Below, in pieces: positions 27,579 through 39,705 of a stretch of DNA of 64,000 bases (positions are counted from its first letter, which is position 1; the number at the start of each line of letters is the position of its first letter). Both the position numbers and the translations under genes were made by a program. Source of the stretch: Malacoraja senta (Eukaryota); NCBI GenBank assembly GCA_038087875.1, contig CM075987.1, positions 21,144,001-21,208,000 on the forward strand, read 5' to 3'. Under the pieces are notes generated by a model. The model ran no database searches. It saw only the letters and a program-made list of their open reading frames with translations, and had not been told where the DNA came from.

Positions 27579-28530
27579 GTTAAAGAAGGAACTGCAGATG
27601 CTGGAAAATCGAAGGTACACAAAAATGCTGGAGAAACTCAGCGGGTGCAGCAGCATCTATGGAGCGAAGGAAATAGGTAACGTTTCGGGCCGAAACCCTT
27701 CCTCAGACTGATAGGGGGTGGGGAGAAGAAAGGAAAAAAGGAAAAGGAGGAGGAGGAGCCCGAGGGTTGGGGGAGGGGAGGAGACAACCAGATGGCTGAT
27801 GAAGGGGAGGGGACAGCCAGGGCTAGCAGAATTGGGAGAATTCAACGTTCAGGCCACCAGGGTGTAGACTGCCCAAGCGGAATATGAGGTGCATTTCCTC
27901 CAATTTACGGTGTTGCTCGCTGTGGCCATGGAGGAGACCCAGGACAGAGAGGTCAGATACGGAATGGGAGGGGGAGTTGAAGTGCTGAGCCACCGGGAGT
28001 TCAGGTTGGTTATTGCGGACCGACCGGAGGTGTTCGGCGAAACGATCGCCAAGCCTCCGCTTGGTCTCACCGGTGAGACCAAGCGGAGGCTTGGCGATCG
28101 TTTCGCCGAACACCTCCGGTCGGTCCGCAATAACCAACCTGAACTCCCGGTGGCTCAGCACTTCAACTCCCCCTCCCATTCCGTATCTGACCTCTCTGTC
28201 CTGGGTCTCCTCCATGGCCACAGCGAGCAACACCGTAAATTGGAGGAAATGCACCTCATATTCCGCTTGGGCAGTCTACACCCTGGTGGCCTGAACGTTG
28301 AATTCTCCCAATTCTGCTAGCCCTGGCTGTCCCCTCCCCTTCATCAGCCATCTGGTTGTCTCCTCCCCTCCCCCAACCCTCGGGCTCCTCCTCCTCCTTT
28401 TCCTTTTTTCCTTTCTTCTCCCCACCCCCTATCAGTCTGAGGAAGGGTTTCGGCCCGAAACGTTACCTATTTCCTTCGCTCCATAGATGCTGCTGCACCC
28501 GCTGAGTTTCTCCAGCATTTTTGTGTACCT
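27579..28530. mobile_element. Penelope-like element insertion forming a perfect palindrome (27613-28530), with 14-bp TSD
   Basis: Mirrored identical ORFs (27823..28254 - and 27889..28320 +) with a GIY-YIG endonuclease C-terminal remnant (GETKRRLGDRFAEH...LEEMHLIFRLGSLHPGGLN); centre at 28071/28072; AGGAAGAATATTAT at 27565-27578 and 28531-28544. Confidence 0.92.
28434..28468 (+). ncRNA. Putative minimal type I hammerhead ribozyme (mirror copy on - strand at ~27675-27709)
   Basis: CTGAGGA-A-GGG(TTTCGG)CCC-GAAA-C-GTT: the CUGANGA / stem II / GAAA / NUH layout known for Penelope-like element hammerheads. Confidence 0.65.
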
Positions 28531-28714
28531 AGGAAGAATATTATATAAGGACTTTGCTTATTAGCTGCAGAGATTTTGGGTTTACTGTTGTATAACATTT
28601 GTTGTTCTGTGGCCAGAGCTCATGTAAGCATCTTTCTCTTTTTCTCTGCACTTTTGGGCATCCTGTTCCGCATCACATAATAGAAAAAAAATGTCTTGCA
28701 ATTTACTCACATTG

Positions 28715-29472
28715 ATGATTGTTATCTAAATGGTGTCAAGTTGGGAAAAGGGAAAGTACAGCGGGATCTGGGGGTCCTTGTTCATCAGTCAATGAAAGTA
28801 AGCATGCAGGTACAGCAGGCAGTGAGGAAAGCGAATGGCATGTTGGCCTTCATAACAAGAGGAGTTGAGTATGGGAGCAAAAAGGGGTCCTTCTGCAGTT
28901 GTATAGGGCCCTAGTGAGACCACATCTGGAGTATTGTATGCAGTTTTGGTCCCCTAATTTGAGGAAGGACATTATTGCTATTGTGGGAGTGCAGCCTAGG
29001 TTTACAAGGTTAATTCCCGGGATGGCGGGACTGTCATATGCTGAGAGAATGGAGCGGCTGGGCTTGTATACTCTGTAGTTTAGACGGTTGAGAGGGATCT
29101 TATTGAAACATATAAGATTATTAAGGGTTTGGTCACGCTAGAGGCAGGAAACATGTTCCCGATGTTGGGGGAGTCCAGAACCAGGGGCCACTGTTTAAGA
29201 ATAAGGGGTAAGCCATTTAGAACAGAGATGAGGAAACACTTTTTCACAGAGAGAGTTGTGAGTCTGTGGAATTCTCTGCCTCGGAGGGCAGTGGAGGCCG
29301 GTTCTCTGGATACTTTCAAGAGAGCGCTAGATAGGGCTCTTAAAGATAGTGGAGTCGGGGGATATGGGGAGAAGGCAGGAACGGGGTACTGATTGGGGAT
29401 GATCAGCCATGATCGCATTGAATGGCGTTGCTGGCTCGAAGGGCGGAATGGCCTACTCCTGCACCTATTGTG
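28715..29472 (+). mobile_element. CR1 LINE 3' fragment
   Basis: RDLGVLVHQS and RTRGHCLRIRGKPF...FFTERVVSLWNSLP remnants followed by the CR1 3'UTR (GATGATCAGCCATGATC...GGCCTACTCCTGC). Confidence 0.9.
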
Positions 29473-29972
29473 TAATGCCAGTTTTTTGCTGTAACAGGGT
29501 GCAAAATGTATTGTTTTCCTGGAGCTAACAACTGGTTTCAAGTGGTATTGTTTTGAGTGGGTGTGTTTACCTGGCCTGTCAGCTGCAGATTCTGGAGGCT
29601 CTGGGCCTGGAGCCTCAAGCAACCTCACAGCAAATGAAATTCTTGTTTTTTTCCCCAGCCGAACTTGATTTTTCAATCTCTCACAAATAAGCGAGTTCAG
29701 TGTTCCGACTGCGCATGCCCAGGTCATAGGTCACAAGCGAAAAACAGTCTCGATGTTGTGTGCAGACTTGCGTTTCGTCCGTGGTCGGGGTCGGGCCCGG
29801 CTCTCCGTAACTGCGGGTGCTGTTCAGTTACTGTTGGGCCGTCCCTGTCCGGAGGTGTACGGGGTGGCCCTGGGTTAGCGGGGCAGCCCCAGACTTGCAG
29901 CTGCTGGCTCTAGCTCGGCTCTGCCTGTCCCGCCGGGTTGGCCGGCAGCCCTCCACCTCCACCCCCCTCCCC

Positions 29973-30600
29973 TCAGTCCAACACCGAGATCCTGCTGAAG
30001 ATGGGCAGCCGCCGACCCTGCTCGAAGTCGGGTGATTCGGCGCCGCTGCTGCTGAAGTTGTCCTGCTCAGAGAGAGAGTCTGTGGACGGGCTCCTGCCGG
30101 CCATGGGCAGGCCGGGCGCCCGCTGGAGCTGCTGGTGCTGTTGGTGATGGTGGTGCTGGCAGCAGCAGCAGCAACCTCCTCCCCCTCCCATGCCCAAGCC
30201 CAGACTATGGGCAGCTCCAACTCCAGGTCGGGGCTGAAGGCGAGCGCTGGGCCGGAGGAGGCTAATCCCAGGCCAGGGCTCTCGCTCCTCCACGGGGGTG
30301 TGGATGAAGTGGCAGCGGGAGCAGAAGCCAGTGGTGTGGAAGGTACGGCTCGGCTCCGTCTTGTGCTTGGGGTGGCGGCTGAGGGAGTGCAGCTCGGCCA
30401 GGCCGTGGGCGAACTGGCACTCGTAGGGGAGCGGGTTCCTCTGGAGTTGGAGCGGGGTTGGGCTGGAGTTGGTGCTGGCTGTGGGCCTGTGGGTTCTCTG
30501 TGCTGGCTGTGGGCCTGGGGCCGCTGGTGTTGTTGGTCCGGGCTGTCGGTTGGCTCGGCGGGAGAGGCGGAGATGTGCTGGGTTGGCGCTTGTATATATA
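29973..30600 (-). pseudogene. Degenerate ZFP36/TIS11-family (ZFP36L2-like) gene copy, antisense in ABL1 intron 1
   Basis: ORF 29973..31043(-) contains CQFAHGLAELHSLSRHPKHKTEPSRTFHTTGFCSRCHFIH (damaged tandem CCCH fingers), an H/Q tract, DSLSEQD and the C-terminal GRRLPIFSRISVLD* motif. Zinc ligands are lost and there are small deletions. The 5' limit is approximate. Confidence 0.85.
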
Positions 30601-31056
30601 TGTATATACTCCGCACTGGCTGTGGGACTGGGGGAGCTGTGTTCCGGATGGATGGGACACTCGTTTGGGGGGGGGGGGGGGAACTGAGGACGGTCCAGTG
30701 TCGGTTCGGCAGTGCTTGCGGCGCCGGGGACACGGGTTCGATCCTGGCTGCGGATGAGGCGTGATTCTAGTGTATGAGGCTGCCGAGAGCCGTCCAGTCT
30801 CCCACTCGTCTCTGCCCCCTCTATCTGCCCCCTGACAAATACAAACTTGGAAAAAGAAAAAAAACGAACCCAAACTACACTACAGTGCTTTGTTCGATTT
30901 TTTTTTTTATAGCGCTTGACCTTTGACAAATCCCATGATTTTTTCGGAATACCGAACTCGCTTATTAGTTTGGCCGTCTTTGATGCTGCAGTAAATGTAG
31001 AGCTTTGCATTAAAACGCTGTGGGGGAAACATGGGGGAAACACTGAAATCTACCCC

Positions 31057-31071
31057 CACATATATACACAT

Positions 31072-31107
<36 letters not shown>

Positions 31108-31159
31108 GTGTATATGTATATATGTGTATATGTGTATATATATATATGTGTGTATATGT
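31057..31159. repeat. (TA/CA/TG)n microsatellite
   Basis: Directly visible. Confidence 0.95.
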
Positions 31160-32819
31160 CAGGGCTCGAAATTAGAGGTTGCCCGGGTGCCACTGACCAC
31201 TCAAAGCGCCGCCGGGCAACCTAAACACCGAGTCATTTTGCCCGGCTTGGCAACCAGATACTAGTTTGTACCGAAGATAGACACAAAAAACTGGAGTAAC
31301 TCCGCGGGTCAGGCAGCATCTCTGGAGAAAAAGAACGCAACGTTTTGTGTCGGCGGTGACGGCTGTATTGCGTGGGAAAGATACTATGTGCGGGGTGAGG
31401 AAGGGTCGGAGCGAACGACAGGCCCCGCACAGCAGCAGCAGCGGCTCCATCTTCTCCTCCCGCACCCCGCCCGCCCTGATAAGGGCCTCTGCTTGTAAAT
31501 CCGCTAACGGCGATAACCGCTTTCAAAACAAACCCTCCCGCACGCCAAGGGAGGGAGGGGGAGGCCTCGGCGTGCAGGAGGGTTTGTTTTGAAAGCGGTT
31601 ATCGCTGTTAGCGGGTTTACAAGCAGAGGCCCTTATCAGGGCGGGCGGGAGGAGGAGATGGAGCCGCTGCCGCTGTGCGAAGCCCGTCATTCGCTTCGAC
31701 TCGTCTGAAGCAGCTGCACCAAAGATCTTATAGCTATAGGATCTCTGAGCTGCACTGCCCGTCCCCGCACCTTGCTGTTGGCTGGCAGAGGAGGGAGGCG
31801 GTGGCGAGGAGTTCCCATCGGCCAAGGCAGCGGGGCGATGTTGTCCGAGGAGCGCTGACCTTCCTTCCTACACACCTCTCTCTCTCTCCCCCTCTCCCTC
31901 CCCCTCTCCCTCTCCCTTTTCCTTTCCCTCTCCCTCTCCCTCTCCCTCTCCCTCTCCCTCCATCCCGCACTGATCCCCATTCCCGCGTCTATTCAGTCCT
32001 CACTGACATCCCCCTGTGCTCCCCTCCACATCTACCCCCCCCCCCATCTATTCATCCTGCGCTGATCACCCTATCCACCTCGCATTGATTCTCCTGCCAC
32101 CCCCCCATCCATCCTACACTGGTTCCCCAATACACCCTGTACTTACCCCTTTCCCATCCATCCTGCACTTCTCCTCCATCCATCCTGTACTAATCCACGC
32201 ATTCATCCCGTACTGACCCACCCTCCATTTACCCTGCACCTTCCCCCCTTCCCATCATTCATCCTGTAGTGATCTCCCATTCATCCTGCACACCCTCCGA
32301 TCCACACTGTACTGACCCCCCCCCACCCAATTCATCCTGCGCTGATATCCCCCCCATCCATCCTGTACTGATCCTCCCATTCAACAAGAATGGGGGGAAC
32401 CGTCTGAAGGGTCTCGACCTGAAACTTTGCCTATTTCCTTCGCTCCATAGATGCTGCCTCACCCGCTGAGTTTCTCCAGCACTTTTGTCTACCCCCATCC
32501 ATCCCATACTGAACCCCCCCCATTCAACCCCACTGACATCCCCTGTGCTCTCCCCTCACAATTTTACCTACTCCAACCAACACGTACTAATTCACCTGCC
32601 TCAATCTATCCATTCTGCACCGACTGCCTTCTAATCCCCCACCCCCGCCATCTCATTGAGTATAATTCCGACTGGTAACTACGCACTTCGTCCGAGCACA
32701 TTATCGCACGCATCATGCAAGCCATCTTAAATGACCACCTAAACTGTCATTTGGCAACCTAAAAAGCTGCCTAGGTTGCCCGGCTGGCAACAGGGAAAAA
32801 AAGTTAAGCGAGAGCCCTG
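31160..32819. mobile_element. hAT-like non-autonomous element inserted in a microsatellite
   Basis: Termini CAGGGCTC...GAGCCCTG; repeated GGCAAC/GTTGCC subterminal motifs at both ends; flanked by (TA/TG)n so the TSD is ambiguous. Confidence 0.7.
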
Positions 32820-32842
32820 TATGTGTGTGTGTATAATATATA

Positions 32843-32901
<59 letters not shown>

Positions 32902-32958
32902 ACACACACACACTCACACACTCACACACACACACACTCTCACACACACACTCACACA

Positions 32959-33044
<86 letters not shown>
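32820..33044. repeat. Compound microsatellite (TG)n then (CA)n
   Basis: Directly visible. Confidence 0.97.
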
Positions 33045-33046
<2 letters not shown>

Positions 33047-33064
33047 TAAACAGATAAAATGCAA

Positions 33065-33470
33065 TAGGCTGTTATAGTTCAGAGTTTGTTCGAAGTTGTG
33101 TTTAATAGTCTGATGGCTGTGGGGAAGTAGCTGTTCCTGAACCTGGATGTTGCAGATTTCAGGCTCCTGTACCTTCTACCTGATGGCAGCTGAGAGATGA
33201 GTGTGTGGCCAGGATGGTGTGGGTCCTTGATGATACTGCCAGCCTTTTTGAGGCAGCGACTGTGATAGATCCCCTCGATGGTATGGAGGTCAGAGCCGAT
33301 GATGGACTGGGCAGTGTTTACAACTTTTTGCAGTCTTTTCCCCTCCTGGACACTCAGGTTCCCTTACCAAGCCATGATGCAACCGGTCAACATGCTCTCC
33401 ACTGTGCACCTGTAGAAGTTTGAGAGCGTCTTCCTTGACATACCGACTCTCCGTAATCTTCTCAGGAAGT
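33065..33470 (-). mobile_element. Rex1/Babar LINE 3' fragment
   Basis: Reverse complement resembles 52325-52700. Confidence 0.8.
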
Positions 33471-33686
33471 CCAAAAATACTGAATTCAATTGTCCAGAAA
33501 CACTCAAGCCTGTCCAAAGGAGGAACTGAAACGGAAGGAGACAGCAATGGGAGATTGTAGGGCAGATTTAAAGAAAGCAATGAAAGAGTAACTTGAAAGA
33601 AACCATAGGAGTCCTGCAGTTGTTTTGAATGCCTTTAGATTAATGAAACAATGTAGATGGGAAGCAGCATATATTAGAGTGCAGTT

Positions 33687-33929
33687 AGACACAAAAAGCT
33701 GGGGTAACTCAGCGGGTTAGGCAGCATCTCTAGAGAGAAGGAATGAGTGACGTTTCGGGTCGAGACCCTTCTTCAGACTGATCAGTCTTTTTCAGATCAG
33801 TCTCAAGAAGGGGCTCGATCCGAGATGTCACCCGTTCCTTCCCTCCAGAGATGCTGTCTGTCCTGCTGTTACTCCAACTTTTTGTGTCTACCTTCGATTT
33901 AAACCAACATCTGCAGTTCTTTCCTACAC
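33687..33929. mobile_element. Short fold-back PLE-terminus element with 16-bp TSD
   Basis: Imperfect inverted arms around ~33790; ATATTAGAGTGCAGTT at 33671-33686 and 33930-33945. Confidence 0.85.
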
Positions 33930-36469
33930 ATATTAGAGTGCAGTTGATTACCATTGCAGTCTATCTTCTTCCATTCATTGTTACATTCAGTTGCTTTTGT
34001 CTTACTTTCCTCAGCATAAACATTAATTGCTTGTGATGATGTTCAAATACAGACTTATTCCTATTATTACCTTATTACCTATTCCATCGCGCCATAGATG
34101 CTGCCTCACCCGCTGAGTTTCTCCAGCAATTTTGTCTACCTTCAAATACAGACTGAAGTGTATGAACATATTTTGATTGACTTTCTCATATGAAAGCACT
34201 TGAAATTCAAATGCTACAAAGGTTAAACCTTGCAATGCAACCTAAGGGTGTAATCTAAGGAAATCGCTAGTCTTGTATTAAGGGAGCGCTGTGTCGTTTG
34301 AGATGTTCACACTCAAGTGTGATGTAAACCATTTCATTTGCTTTCCCAAATAACTGCTGAAAATCCTGCACCATGAGGACCAGGATTCTTGTGTTCTGAC
34401 ATAGTTCATCACTTAGTGGTATTTTCCTATGCCACACATTAACACAGACCTTTTTTATCCTTTGCTCTTCCACATTCTTTCTGTACATCTCAAATCTAAT
34501 TGCCTTTTGTTCTGATTAGAGAGTGTGACTAAAATGTTAACACAGTCTCTGTGCCGATGTTTCCTCTCTGTGAACTTTTAAGCTGTTTTTATTTCCTTGT
34601 AACTGCAAACACATTTCACTGTTGCTTTTTCAGGAAATTACCATGTATAAAATGTCACTGCTCATTATTAAATGTTTTTGATCTATTGAAGGATGTATTA
34701 CAGGACTGTCAAAATATTATCTTGCTTTAGTTGCTGTCACAGATTTCCTCTTGTTTTGTAATTCTTTGGAGATGATCTGCAGAACTGGCAGTGATTTTGT
34801 GAGGAACTCCTTTGTACCGTAACCTCAGTGCTTGCTTCATTGAAAACTTGAAATTAATATTCATGACAAAACACGGAAGACTGAGGAATTTTAATTGCCA
34901 TTGTTTCCACCCTGATGTTGTTCTAGACATAGAATCATAAAGTAACAGCACAGAAAATGTTGATTAGGCAGTGCTGAATCTTTACCAGGGCACGCCAATT
35001 AATCCCAGTCCCTGCTCTTTCCCCCGTTACCCTGAAAATATTTTCTGAATCTGCTTAAATTCTTTCACGTTGTCTATTCTAAAAAACACTACCTTGTTTA
35101 CCTCAAATTGTTAATCACAAATTTGTATTCTGGTTATCGATCCTCATATGAAGTGGTGTTTTTGAACTTGCAGGTAGAGATGGAGGATTGTGCACTGGAG
35201 GGTGGAATGTGCTTGCAGCAAAATATGCACAATTTCTACCACCAATAACTAAATTTTGATCTGGTGATTTATATGGCATACAGGAAAATTTGTCGAGGAT
35301 GTTTTTAAATGGTCTGCAGGTCTATATAGAACTGCGCTGAAGTCGTTGCACCTTTTATTCAGCCGAGAAAGTGCTTATTATTGAAAAAGGTAATCTGAGA
35401 TATTATGGAAGGCATGCTTGATATTTAAATAGTGCTTTATGTCTGTATGTAATTTGCGCATTGAATTCCTTTGTATTAAATAATTTGATTACAATCTAAA
35501 TGGCAGGCTTGAACTTTGCTTCTCAATGACATGCTAGTTTTTCAGTTTTAAATCACGCTCATCAATGTTTTGTCTTTACAAGTATTGGGTGTGACGATGA
35601 GCTATAATTTTAAAGGTAATTAAAGACTTGGGGTAGGAAATGGGTGTGTTATGCTACAGGTGTCCAAGTCTTGACACTTTGCCAGGCATCACCAGTGGGT
35701 ATTGTCACCCTCCAAAAACTTTGATTTATTGTCAACTTTCAAAGGCTTTGATTTGTCAATTTCATTTTTTTATGTTGGAAGCACTTGCCTCAAATTTCAG
35801 AAATTTAAAACGTTTACTTTTCCCGTGTATGTTCTGTCATCGAGGTACCAGTGCAGCCAATCCCAAACCCCGAAACTAGTAGATCATAAACACAACCCGA
35901 AGTTAGTTCAATCCTGGGGCAGATTAGAAGGCAGCGTCTGACAGTTTTATAGCTTTGCTGGGTTGGGGAGGCATCAAATAACAGGTTAGCAAACAAAGGA
36001 TTTGCAAGGCAGAAGTGGCATTCAGCACAACTGTTCAATGTTAACTTTTATGGGCTGCATGATCCAATTTCCATTGTGCCTCTCATCTAATGCGAAGATA
36101 TGAAGCTTGGAAGTTTCTCATAACAAATGAGGGCAGGAATAGCTTGTCTGACCCTTTGAGCCTGCTCTATTATTCATCGAGATTATGACTGAGAATTTCT
36201 TCCAGCACCATCTCAATATCCAAAGATTCCCTAGCAGGGAGAATTAAGATACTATGCCCAGAAATCCATTCATTTCTGTCAGAAATTAACAGAATACCAG
36301 AGCTTCTACAGATGTCTGAAGAAGAGAATGCCAAAAGAACAAAGTCCTCTTAAGTGAATAAACTTCCCCTTATCTCAATCCTAAATGTCCCACACTTTAT
36401 TCTCATATTGTATCCCTTGATCGAAATGCAAAGTGCTGGGTTAGGTAGTATCTGGGGAGGGAGTAGACT

Positions 36470-36720
36470 GGATATTTAGAACTGAGATGAGGAAAAACTT
36501 TTTCACACAGTTTGAATTCTCTGCCTCAGAAGGCAGTGGAGGCCGATTTACTGGATGCATTCAAAAGAGAGTTAGATAGAGCTATTAGGGCTAGCGGAAT
36601 CAAGGGGTATGGGGAGAAGGCAGGAACGGGGTAGTGATTGTGGATGATCAGCCATGATCACATTGAATGGTGGTGCTGGCTCAAAGGGCTGAATGGCCTA
36701 CTCCTCCTGCACTGTCTATG
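36470..36720 (+). mobile_element. CR1 LINE 3' end fragment
   Basis: Near-copy of 29215-29470. Confidence 0.85.
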
Positions 36721-36794
36721 TACCTTTGTATGCATTTGGTAGAAATCCTGGGAGGGGTGGGGGCGTGTCCCCACCCCATGTTTTGTGACTTGGG

Positions 36795-37235
36795 CGCTAC
36801 AGCCAGTCCCAGGTCAGCTCGCCTGCCTCAGGACTGGTTGTAGTGCCCAGGTCGTCTGCCTGCCCCGGGACTGGCTGTAGCGCCCAGGTCAGCTCGCCTG
36901 CCTCAAGACTGGCTGTAGTGCCCAGGTCAGCTCGCCTGCCCCGGGAATGGCTGTAGCGCCCAAATCGGCTTGCCGGCCCCACACTCCAAAGACGTGCAGG
37001 TTAAGTGCTTCGGTAAATTGTAAATTGTCCCTAGTGTGTCGGATGGTACATGTGTACGGGGTGATTGCTGGTTGACGTGGACACGGTGGGCCACAGGACC
37101 TGCAGTTCCCAGGTCGCCTACCTGACCAGGTCTGCTCGCCTGCCCCAGGTCTGGCTTTAGCACCCAGGTTGGCTGGTAGGTCTGGCTTTAGCGCCCAGGT
37201 TGCCTGCATGACCCCGGACTGGCTGTAGCGCCCAA
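36795..37235. repeat. GC-rich ~40-bp minisatellite interrupted by a SINE fragment; hAT-like end at ~37255-37302
   Basis: Repeated GGACTGGCTGTAGCGCCCAGGTCAGCTCGCCTGCC units; followed by ...TAGGTTGCCAACCCCTG. Confidence 0.75.
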
Positions 37236-39674
37236 ACTAATTGGAAAAAAAATACGCCTGCGGGCTGGATCTGGCCAGTGGGCCTTAGGTTGCCAACCCC
37301 TGTCCTAGATGGCAGGCCTCATTGTGGGCCCCCCCCCCCCATGTTTTAAAAACGATTTGTATGTATCTATGATATGCTTCAGATCTTCTGACCCTGATTC
37401 TAGACACTCGACCAATGGAAAAATCCTTCCTTCATCTAGCCCATGGAACCTTTTTAGAATTTTTGATGAAATGTTTTGTCCTAATCTCTCAAGAATACAT
37501 TTCACTTTCTCCCCCCTTTTTCAGCAAACCCACCAACCCTGATGTTACAAGTGAATTGTTACAAGTGTATCCGTTCTTGGGCAAGGAGACTAAAACAATA
37601 CGCATCATAGGCAAGCTCCCCTGTTATTATAACTGTTTAGGTAATGGAAATTCAGGCTTTGAGTTCACAAATCTTGACCCAAACAATTGGAATAAAATTT
37701 GCTTTTTCAAAATTAACGTGGAATAAAAAGTAAATACCAATTTTTTTTCTCTAACATTCATTTCTTGACGCATGCGCAGGTGATGCTGCTTCGCATTAGG
37801 GAAAGTTGCAATATGGACTGTTTTCACGGAATGTAAAACCCACCTATCCTCAATAACGCAGGGTAATCTACACTGCAGGTGAGATCTCACCATAGCCCTA
37901 CCTAATAGCAAGATGACTTCCTTACCCTATCAATATTTTTTTGTCCTCGGCCATTTCTTAGCTTGACCCAATAAATTCCAATTCTGCATCTTTATTATGT
38001 ATGTCAAGATCACTTCAAGCAACTGTACCAATCTTATTTGTTAATAATGCTAACCAACCCCATTTTCCTTTCTGTCTGTCCTTATTGTTAAATATCCTGG
38101 AATCTTAAGTTTCCAGCTTTGGTCATTCTGGAGCTATGTTTATGAAACATCAATTTGCTTCTGTTTTCTGCTATGAATTCACCATTAAATCATTTACCTT
38201 GTTATGAATGCAGCAAGAATTCAGATTAGAATTTTGTCATGTTAACATTTTTCTAAACATTACTTAAATTTCCTCCGAGCCACTATTTTTGTATGCCTTC
38301 CGTCAGTGTGTAACATGTGGTTTAATTTCCTTTCATTAAATCTAATGAATCAATCTTTCAAGCCATTCCATTTGCCAATAGTATTGATGTTTTTCATCAG
38401 CTTTGAGGGGCAGTTTGAAATTCGTAGAAATATTGTTAGCTATTGGTCATGCTGTTACTTTTGGTTTTGCAAAGCAGTGGTGTCTAGATACTGACTGATT
38501 TCGCTGATACTTTGGCAATAAATAAAGAAACTTGCACAAGCAGAAAATACCTTTAATGTGGAAAAACAAGTCTTGACAATTCAAGACAGAAGAAAATGAA
38601 GAGTCAAGAAGATGTGATTGTAGCTCTTTGAATCCTGGGATTAAGAGTGGGACAGGAAGATTTTGCCTCTTGAGCTATGAATTGTGGCTGCATGTTAATA
38701 CATGAATGTTCAAAGGCATTTCTCAAAGTGATTATAAATTCCTGCAATAACTACATTTTCACAATCCTGCATCTGAGATGCGGAAATTGGATCCTGTTGT
38801 GAACAGAAAAATATGTACTTAACATTTTATTTGGCTTCTCTATGATGGGGTAGAAAAAATTATGTTATGATAATTCAATTGTATGATGGAGAAGGTTTAT
38901 AGCTCCAATGGTATTTGATATTTGATTCTATAAAGCTATTACATAAAAAGTAATATAAAATAATTAAATGTAGAAATAAAAATGTTCTTATGGTACAGAT
39001 GGTGTTGAGATACACATTAATAATTCTACTTTTACATTCTTCTGAAGCCCTCCTGTCTGAAGTTTGACATAAATAATGGATAAATTAGGTGTTGCAGAAT
39101 ATTAAGCAACTGACTGCAGATAGCAGAGAAGGGACACTGGGCACTTTCAACTAAAAAAAAAAAAAAAAGGATTTTGAGTAAAGTTGGGAGAAGAAGCTCA
39201 AAAAAGTTAATAAATATTGCTTTGTTAAATATAAATTGAAAATATATGAAGCACTCAGCTAGTTAAACCAAGTGTAAAGATTTTCACAGAAGGTCTTTTC
39301 TCAACATGTCACAACTACGAGATTTAAATGTTCTCTGTGGATTTGCGTTTGGAACTACTGAGACCTGTCACCTATTCCAGTTTATAATTCCACTTCGTAG
39401 CATCTGCATTATTTTACCTTTGTTGTTTAGGCTTTGTACAGAAGAATCAGAAAAGAAGGCTCTTGACCCAAAACGTCACCTATTCCTCTCCAGAATTGCT
39501 GCCTGTCCCACTGAGTTACTCCAGCTTTTTGTGTCTATAATCTGAATTAATTAATGATTTGCACATTTGCTTGGTATTTCGTGTTTTTAGAAACCCAAGT
39601 TCACAATGGGTAAATGTAAAGTGTGTTGGAATGAGAAGAATTAGGAGGCAAGTTGAGCTTTGTTGCAGTGAGGC

Positions 39675-39705
<31 letters not shown>

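Noticed and set aside
30690..30775. GGTTCGATCC B-box suggesting a tRNA gene
   Set aside because: No cloverleaf; it resembles a degenerate SINE head like 22620-22680.
29828..30873. Long overlapping ORFs (301, 209 and 203 aa)
   Set aside because: Alternative frames of the GC-rich ZFP36-like relic; no independent domain is recognisable.
32713..33077. ORFs with HT/CV dipeptide runs
   Set aside because: Translations of (TG)n/(CA)n microsatellites.
36795..37235. Regularly spaced ~40-bp repeats resembling a CRISPR array
   Set aside because: Tandem units without unique spacers, vertebrate context and no cas genes; this is a minisatellite.
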